A DNA stretch of 64,000 nt, taken from NCBI RefSeq assembly GCF_009914755.1, contig NC_060927.1; one strand, 5' to 3'. The translations under genes and the position numbers were made by a program. Origin of the DNA: the human T2T-CHM13v2.0 reference genome, Homo sapiens. The first letter of the stretch is position 1, and each line of letters starts with the position of its first letter. The notes below the pieces were generated by a model. That model was not told the DNA's origin. It searched no databases and saw only the letters and a list, made by a program, of their open reading frames with translations. Positions 56,245-64,000 of this stretch are shown in pieces.

Positions 56245-57130
56245 CCTTTTGGCCAGAACCACCATCTTCCAGTAATTCGCCAAAATGTCGAACACAAAGG
56301 GAAAGAGGAAAGGCACCTGATATATGTTCTCTAGGCTTTTTAGAAAACATGGAGTTGTTTTTTTGGCCACGTGTATGCAAATCTATAAGAAAGGTGACAT
56401 TATAGACATCAAGGGAATGGGTACTGTTCAAAAAGGAAGGCCCCGCAAGTATTACCATGGCTAAACTGAAAGAGTCTACGGTGTTACCCAGCATGCTGTT
56501 GGCATTGTTATAAACACACAAGTTAAGGGCAAGATTCTTGCCAAGAAAATTAATGTACGTATTGAGCACATTAAGCACTCTAAGAGCCAAGATAGCTTCC
56601 TGAAACACGTGAAGGAAAATGATCAGAAAAAGAAGGAAGCTGGCGGCACAGTAGCTCACGCCTGTAATCCTAACACTTTGGGAGGCCGAGGCAGGCGGAT
56701 CACCTGAGGTCAGGAGTTTGAGACCAACCTGGCCAACATGGTGAAATCCCGTCTCTACTAAAATACAAAAATTAGCCGGGGATGGTGGCAGCCACCTGTA
56801 ATCCCAGCTACTCAGGAGGCTGAGGCAGGGAGAATTGTTCGAATCCAGGAGGTGGAAGTTGCAGTGAGCCGAGGTTGGCCCACTGCACTCCAGCCTGGGC
56901 GACAGAGCAAGACTCTGTCTTAAAAAAAAAAAAAAAAAAGAAGGAAGCCAAACAGAAAGATACCTGGGTCCAACTGAAGCACCAGCCTGCACCACCCAGA
57001 GAAGCACACTTTGTGAGAACCAATGGGAAGGAGCCTGAGCTGCTGGAACCTGTTCCCTATGAATTCATGGCATAATAGGTGTCTAAAAAATGAAAGACCT
57101 CTGGACTGTTTAAAAAAAAAAAGAAAAAAG
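56245..57130 (+). pseudogene. Processed pseudogene of ribosomal protein L21 (RPL21), interrupted by an Alu
   Basis: 5'UTR-like ccttttggccagaaccaccatcttccagtaattcgccaaa, then ATG at 56285: [24 protein letters not shown]...[10 protein letters not shown] [Alu] ...[37 protein letters not shown] (stop ends 57075). Intronless, early in-frame TGA, A-tail from ~57112. Confidence 0.95.
56641..56940 (+). mobile_element. Full-length AluS inserted in the RPL21 retrocopy
   Basis: Both arms and A-tail; 14-bp TSD AAAAAGAAGGAAGC at 56627-56640 and 56935-56948. Confidence 0.95.
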
Positions 57131-58633
57131 AAAAATCCTTAACCCATTGACATAGCTTCTTGTATTAATTTCTTATTGCTGCTGTAACAAATTACTACAA
57201 CATTTGTGGCTTAAAACAACACAAATTTGTTATCTTACAGTTCTGAAGAACAGAAGTCCAAAATGGGCCTCGCTGGGCTAAAACCAAAGTATCAGGGCCT
57301 GTGTTCTTGCCAGAGGCACCAGGGGAAAATCCACTTCTTGCCTTTGCCAGCCTCTAAGGGCTGCCTGCATTCTTTGGCTCATGGCCCCCTTCCATCTTCA
57401 AAGCCAGCAATGGCTGGTCAAGTCTTAGGATGTTCTCTTTCTGATCTGACTTCTGCCTCTTCCCTATATAAGGACTCTTGTGAGTACAATGTGCTCACCT
57501 GGATAATTCAAGATACCCTCTTTATTTTGAGGTCGCTTGATTAGCAACCTTAATTCCCCCTGGCCACATAACATTCACAGGTTCCACAGATGAGGACATG
57601 GACATCTTTGGGGGGCCTGTCATGCTGCCTGTCCTACTCCCTATTCTTCCTGCTCCCCAGCCCTAGGCAACCGCTAATCTACTTTCTGTCTCTAGAGATC
57701 TACTCACTTTTTTTATTCCTCTGCATATTCTGTTTCTTCCTCGAGTTTCATGTTCAGCTTTTTCCTCTCCCTCCTTGCTCTTACTGGTCTCTGCGACCTC
57801 CATCTTTTTCCTCATTTCTCAGGAAATGATTGACTTCTGAAGACAGAAAATGGAGAAATGCTAGGGAAAACAAGAGAGGCAAAGTTTTATAGAACCAAAT
57901 GCTGAGACAGAAGAGGGGTACAGTTGTGCAAGTGATGAGCTGCAGATTGCCTGGAAACCAAATCAGCTGGCTCATGTAGTAAAAACAGCCCTTTCTGTAT
58001 ATTCGATCGCTTGGTTTTGGGATGACCCACTTGGTCCTTGAGGGCCTCAGTTACCTCAAACTGGCAAAGGAAAGAGGTTGGACCAGATCTGTGGGTCTCA
58101 AGTGGTGGTTCCTGGACCAGCAGCAGCAGCATCTCCTGGGACCATGTTATAAATATGAATCTGCCAGCCCCACCCTAGACCTACTGAGTCAGAAACTCGG
58201 CATGACCCCCACTCCATACCCCCCCACCAAAATGTGTTTTAACAAGCCCCTCAGATGGTTCTGATGTTTTGCTGAAATTTGAGAACCACTGGACTAGATT
58301 ATGATGTCTGAGTTCTCACCAAGTGTAATAGTCTATGAGTAAATTCCTATACATGTAAAAAGAAAAGTTTTAGCAGGAAGAAGACAAAATGCTGAAAGAG
58401 AATATGGTAATTTCAAAGTTTGAGATTTTTAGATGCATGTTAGAAGTGTTTCTATTTTGTTGAAATTTCCCGTCATTCAGTAGTTCACTTTACTTCAAGT
58501 TGTGACCTTCCAGATCCGAACCTTAGAGTTTCTGTATGTGATTTCAAAGAATCTTAGAATATATATTGCATGACAGGAAATGGAGGTCTGCTATTTTCCA
58601 CTGAGACTTGCTGTGTGTGTTCCACACCCACAG

Positions 58634-58741
58634 GTCTACAACACTGGCCCAAGCACCCTTCCAGGGTCATCTGTCAGCATCTCTTTCCCTAATCGACTCT
58701 CATCTGGTGGTGCAGAGATGTTTCATGTCCAGGAAATGGTG
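58634..58741 (+). CDS. ITGA9: Integrin alpha-9 coding exon (recalled exon 23), VYNTGPSTLPGSSVSISFPNRLSSGGAEMFHVQEMV
   Basis: 108 bp, cccacAG|GTC...gtg|GTgagt, phase 0/0; YNTGPS resembles the N-x-G-P-S motif of integrin alpha calf-2. Confidence 0.96.
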
Positions 58742-61394
58742 GTGAGTTCTCCATTTGTTTTCACTATTGCTTTCAGCTTTGAGCCAGCCCATTCAAATTT
58801 TGTATTCCACCCTACCCTGACATCCACCTTGAGGGTTTGGAAAATTCAACTCATTCTACCCTTTGGAGACATATCTGGAGAGGCCAGGGGACCTGTGATA
58901 CCTGAATTTCTACATTGAGACCATTTGGTTAATGCTGTAAGAAGACCTCTTTGGAGATGGGGAAGAGTTAATTACGAACCAGCTCCTGGGATGGACTTCG
59001 CTGGCTCTGGGAACCCCCAGCAGCATCTGCAGTTGCATGCGTCTGAATGCATTTTGCTGAGTGCATTTTGCACAGGGAAAGTGCCTGCAGTCCATGTTGA
59101 GAGGATTGTGAAAGCATTGCTCTCTATAGGGGCACGTGAAGGACATTCAGCCAAAGGGACAGTTTTTCCATAGATAGCTTGAAAATCAGGGCAGCAAGGC
59201 CCATATGGAGCAGGTGAATATCTGAGCCGAGAGTTGAAGAGGACACAGCCCACAGGGTGGAGGTTCAGAAAACATTGTGTGATGGTGACAGTAATTTCTG
59301 GCATTGCTGCCCTCTGGGTCATGTGGACTGAAAACCAGACGCATGTGAATGTTGAATGTAGAACAGGTCACTCCTCCCGAGATGCCAGCTCAGATGTTAA
59401 CATCCCTCATGATGTTCCATTCCAGTTCCATGGCATCCCCTTGTCTTTGGGCTCTGCTGACCCAGCAGAAGAAAGCCGCCAGTGTTCCGCACCTATGATG
59501 TACTATGGTTGGAACTTAGCATGAGGTGAACAAACCACACAGGCTTCTGGCTACCCTCTTAAATATTATTAACCATGCTGACCATGCCACATTTCCCCAG
59601 CATCTAGGAGTGTTCTCTTCCTAGAGCATGCTTTCTGAGTTGTTCACGTGAACATCTACAGTGTTGCAGGAGCCTTTTTTTTTCCTATGGGCAAAATCAT
59701 CTATTGACCAAAACAAGACATTTAAGTCACTCAGATTCTGAAGGTACCCCAAAACCAGGGATACCCCTTTTCCTCTTTACTGATCATCGAGCCAAGGAAA
59801 AGCCACTGGAAGGGACTTGGGCTCACACTTACAAATAGCTGGCTTGCATGGAAGGCATTAGAAGTGGTTTCCTGAAGACCTGGACAACTGCCTGGCTATC
59901 GTTCTGGCTGAGTGGACCCTCAGATACCCAAGTGGTGTGAGCTGGCTGCACTCTGTTCTTTGGGCTCTGAGAAACAAATCCTTTGGATTTTCAAAACTAT
60001 ATTTAGAATTTTCATAAAGTCTGTAACAGACTTGGCCCTAGGATGGCCAAGTCTCCATCTGGATAGCCCAGCCTGTGATCAAAGGCTGTGGGCATCTTCA
60101 TCGTATGGAAAAGTAAATTCACTGGCACATCTCACTAAGCAAGTAGGAAAGCTCTCTGTGTTCTTATAAACGATCACCACTGAGCCCAGAATGACAACAA
60201 GAGTAGAAGCATAAAAGCGAGTGCATGAGGTGCTGTAGTGAAGAGGCGAGAGTCCCCAGATACTTGTTTCAGAGGCCCACAGCTGGCACACCCTCTGCCT
60301 TAAAGCCCTCGGCAAGGGCCTCCTGTGGCTCCGCCCCTCCCTTGCTCAGCAGGGCCTGAGAATGCTCACTGGGTCAGGTGTGATTCAGAGCTCATGACGG
60401 TTTCCACTTTGGCCTTATGGGACTTTGAATGGAGCAGGGCTTTCATTCTGGGGATTTGGGTGGCTTGGTGCAAGTGAAATTCAGTCCTATTAGGAGAAAC
60501 CAGCACTCATTCTCTGTACTGCACTAGGAGGTGACCCTTTGGCCTGGTGGCATTCCCTCCCCACCCCCACTCTCAGCCACCACCATTCCCCAACCTCCAA
60601 AGGCTACTGAACAGCTGGGCACCAGCTGGACATGTTAAGCCAACTGAAGCAGAAACAGATTATAGGCATGGAGGGAAGGCTCATCTGTCATTCCTCTCCA
60701 CACCCTTGGGACCCTCAAATTGTTTCTCCCTCTCTAACAGTGCCCTTGGTGTCTGTATTGCCTGTGATCATCATCCATAGAGCATAATGAGGATGGGCTT
60801 ACTCGCCCTATGGGCCCTGGGCTGTCACCCTACCTACGGACCCACGTGTGGCACAGTTTTCTGACTTGGTTCAGAATTCATTTAGAAGTCTCTGGGGCTG
60901 CTTCTGGGGTCCCTGGGCAGGACCAACCTGCCTCTAGCTTTCACCAAAGAGTCTTTTGTGTTTGCCCAAAGCATTTCTTGAGGTCCAGCTGTCTGTAAGT
61001 GGAGAGTGTCTGGCTTATATATGGGAGGTTTTTACGGGGAGCCTAATGAAGTGTAACCACTCCAAACTCCCAGCCTTGGCTCGTGATCTTCTTTCCTTGT
61101 AGCTAATGTCTCTGAGCCCCTCTGCTGTGCTTGTATTTACCTTAAAAACAGAGCCACGGTGGTGGCCTGAGGAAAGACTATCAATTTTCACTGCTTCCCA
61201 CCCACGGGGGTTGTGTGGACCCTACTCTGACTTCCCACAGCACAGAAAAAAAAGGAAACAGGTCACTGTGGACCTAGTGTCTGTCCATCAGGAAGCCAGG
61301 TTGTAATGATCATGAAAATAATAGAGGGGAAGAATGACAGACCTTTCTAGTCTATCTGAAATAGCAAAATTACCAGTAACAAATCATTCTTGAT

Positions 61395-61700
61395 TTGTTC
61401 ACAAACACTGGCTCAGCAAGTACCTATTACGTGCCAGGCTCCAAGGAGAGGAATAAGTCCCACATCTGCCCCAGAACTCACTGTCTTGCAGGAAACAGAT
61501 ACATAAAATGCCATTGTAATACCGTATAACAAATGCAATAATGGAGGCATGCCCAGACCCCAGGATGCTACAAAGGTTCAGTGCTTCACAAAGGAACCTC
61601 TTCAAGTCAGGGCTTAGAGGATGTCTAGTTCACCAAGAGAACAGGTGAAGAAGAGAACATTCCAGATAGAGGAACAGTCACCACTTGTGAGTGTATGATG
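61395..61700 (-). mobile_element. L2 3' fragment
   Basis: ttcacaaacac..gtacctattacgtgccagg..agaacattccagatagaggaacag. Confidence 0.5.
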
Positions 61701-64000
61701 AGTATCTGCTGTGCTGGGAGCTACACCCGGTTCTCCATTCTGTTTGCCTAGCTCTTATACAAATAGGCAAGAGTAAGTGTTCCGTATGCCTTCTGCAGAT
61801 GTACAGCAGATAGATATTTTGGCAGAATGACAGAGAGTACTGAACCACAGTCATTTCCTCTGTCAGTTTGTAAATTAATCACTCTTCTTGGGTACATCGT
61901 GTGTGTGCTGTAGACCTGAACCTTCCTACCTGCTGACTTAGGCATGGAGAAGGCCAAGCTCCCTGTTTGATACTAGAGTCTAACTACATGTCATGGACAT
62001 TGTCAGCAAACCACCCTTGGCCTGCTGCAATGAGCAGTAGCTACTGACCTCCCTAGCTTACTTTTTTCCTTCTATTGGACAGTCATTCTAAAAAACTCAC
62101 CTGATTTCCAGGAATAAAATGAGTGAGCCAGACAGCTTATGGGAGGCAGGCTGTGTCCACTTGCTCCTTAGAGATTTCTTTTTGAAGTGAAGATAGATCA
62201 TCTTCTCAATTTTTCAGAACAGACCTGAAAAATTGAACCACTTCACTTTATTGCCATTCTTCTGCAGAGGCGAGCCGTGTAGCATAGCCCCTGAGCACAG
62301 GTCTAAGATTGCACCAAGATAACACATCTGTCACAAGCTTCATGGCTTATGAAGGGAAGAGGGTAGTGGTCTTTCCAAAGTTAAGTTTTACTCACAATTT
62401 CTGAAGGTTCAATGGAAGAGATGGGAGCTTTATCTCAGACTGCAAGCTTCACTTGATGGAGTTAAAAACCTGTATCTGTGAGCAGCTTTCTCACACTGGA
62501 GGAGAAGGCTTTGGGATTTGGCTCTTGTTAATATGCAAGAAGGGGAAAAGTCAGAAATGATAGCTAACAGGGAGTGAAGGGCTAGAACTTTTATTCCAGG
62601 TGAAAGTACTGGATTTTTGAAAGAACTCTAGTGTTAGTCCAGAAGAGATATAAAATAAATATCATACCATTCATTCCTCCTCCTGCAAAACCAATTGAAA
62701 ATATTGGCCTCTCTGGCTTGTTGTTTTCTTGCTATGGGGCAGTGATTCTAAAGAACTGACCTGATTTCCAGGAGGTAAAATTGTAGGGATGAATGATAAT
62801 TTTCTAAGGAGATACATCAATGTCTTTGCCATAGGGTACCATTAGGACATTGACTTCAATATGGCATGAATACCAACATCTGTTAGAATATTCCAAGTTG
62901 GTGCCAGGACTCATATTTTAGTAAACTGTAAAATCTTCCCTCCCCATGCTTGTACAGTAGACAGGGCTACCCATGATGTACGATGGGTATCCCACAATGA
63001 GTCAGTTGATGTGGGAACTTCAATTAATTTATAGTGGGACTGCTCACATCCCTATGAAGAAAATATGCACCTGATACATCACTGACCATAACAGGAGCTT
63101 AAAATTAGACATAAATGGAGGAATGAATTGTTTTCCCCAAGGATGACCTGGAGGAGCTTCTTAAGTTGGGGCCATCAAATCAGTCGATATAATCCAAAGC
63201 TAAAGAGTAAAGAAATTACTCCTGAATAACTGACCCCCCCAAAAAAATGAATACCATTTATTGCTGTCCCAAGGCTTTAATAGCCTTTTTCATGTGCTGT
63301 CAAATTTAATCCTTATGGCACCTTCATAAGGTAAGATCAGCATCCCAAGTTGAGGAACCAAGCTTCAAGGATTTGCCCAACCTGACACAGCTGCTAAAAA
63401 GTAGAGCTGGGTTTGTAACCAGGTCTGACTCCAAAGTTCACGTGGTTCCCATTGTGCTGAATTGCACACTGCTCCTGAAAGTGCTGCCCACTCCCTAATC
63501 ACCAGAGGCAGGCTCAGTCAATAGGACAGACAGATGATGAGTAGACCCCCAAGAATCACCCACCAGAGGAGGAGCATCAACACCAGGGCAGAGAGGCAGC
63601 AACCGCAGTCAAAAGAACTAATACCAGAGGGTGCAGTAACAAGGCCAACAGAAGGCTTCTGAATAAGCAAGACTGATGTCTTCAGAGCAATGCAAAAAGA
63701 CAGTGTTTCCATGAAACAGAATAAACTAGAGATTTGTAAATTCAAGATATTGATCATTCAAATGAAACTTCAATATAAGCCATAGAGTAGAATAAATATT
63801 AAAGAATAAAGTAGGGGATTCGAAACTTGGATTTTCTGAGAATGTATTGCAGAAGAACAAAAAAGCCAGTTAAACTTATTCCTTTTTTTAAATAGCAATC
63901 TGGAATGAAAATATCAGATGATCATAATATAAGAGTTAGAAGTCAAGAGAGATGGAAATGAAAGCAAGTCAAGATTCTTGTCTTGGGGGGACAAGTTTAT

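Noticed and set aside
56219-57007. 262-aa minus-strand ORF
   Set aside because: Antisense reading of the RPL21 retrocopy plus the Alu (typical Alu peptide LECSG..SASQS).
58742-58918. In-frame read-through of the last exon into the intron (putative secreted short isoform; similar at 52208-52441)
   Set aside because: Canonical donors are present, I saw no nearby poly(A) signal, and open frames of this length occur by chance.

Overview
Primate (human-like) genomic DNA, almost entirely intronic. It lies inside ITGA9 (integrin alpha-9, + strand). Five GT-AG exons (40893-40979, 45077-45156, 49903-49992, 52099-52207, 58634-58741) splice in frame into 158 aa of the extracellular leg. Exon numbers 19-23 are recalled, not derived from the window. 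The first ~41 kb is one large intron filled with Alu, L1, L2, MIR, MaLR/ERVL LTRs and MER DNA transposons. An RPL21 processed pseudogene, interrupted by an Alu, sits in a deeply nested retroelement stack at 55.3-57.7 kb. Two observations stand out. First, a very homogeneous 68-copy 42-bp minisatellite (14021-16875) expanded inside a single MER20 transposon whose ends and 8-bp TSD are still recognisable; it explains all the ~1000-aa ORFs. Second, at least six short local duplications or templated insertions are present, four of them with copy and source ~1.85-2.0 kb apart, and several carry junction repeats or hairpins. I see no evidence for a new protein-coding system. Repeat subfamily names are by-eye calls and repeat boundaries are approximate.
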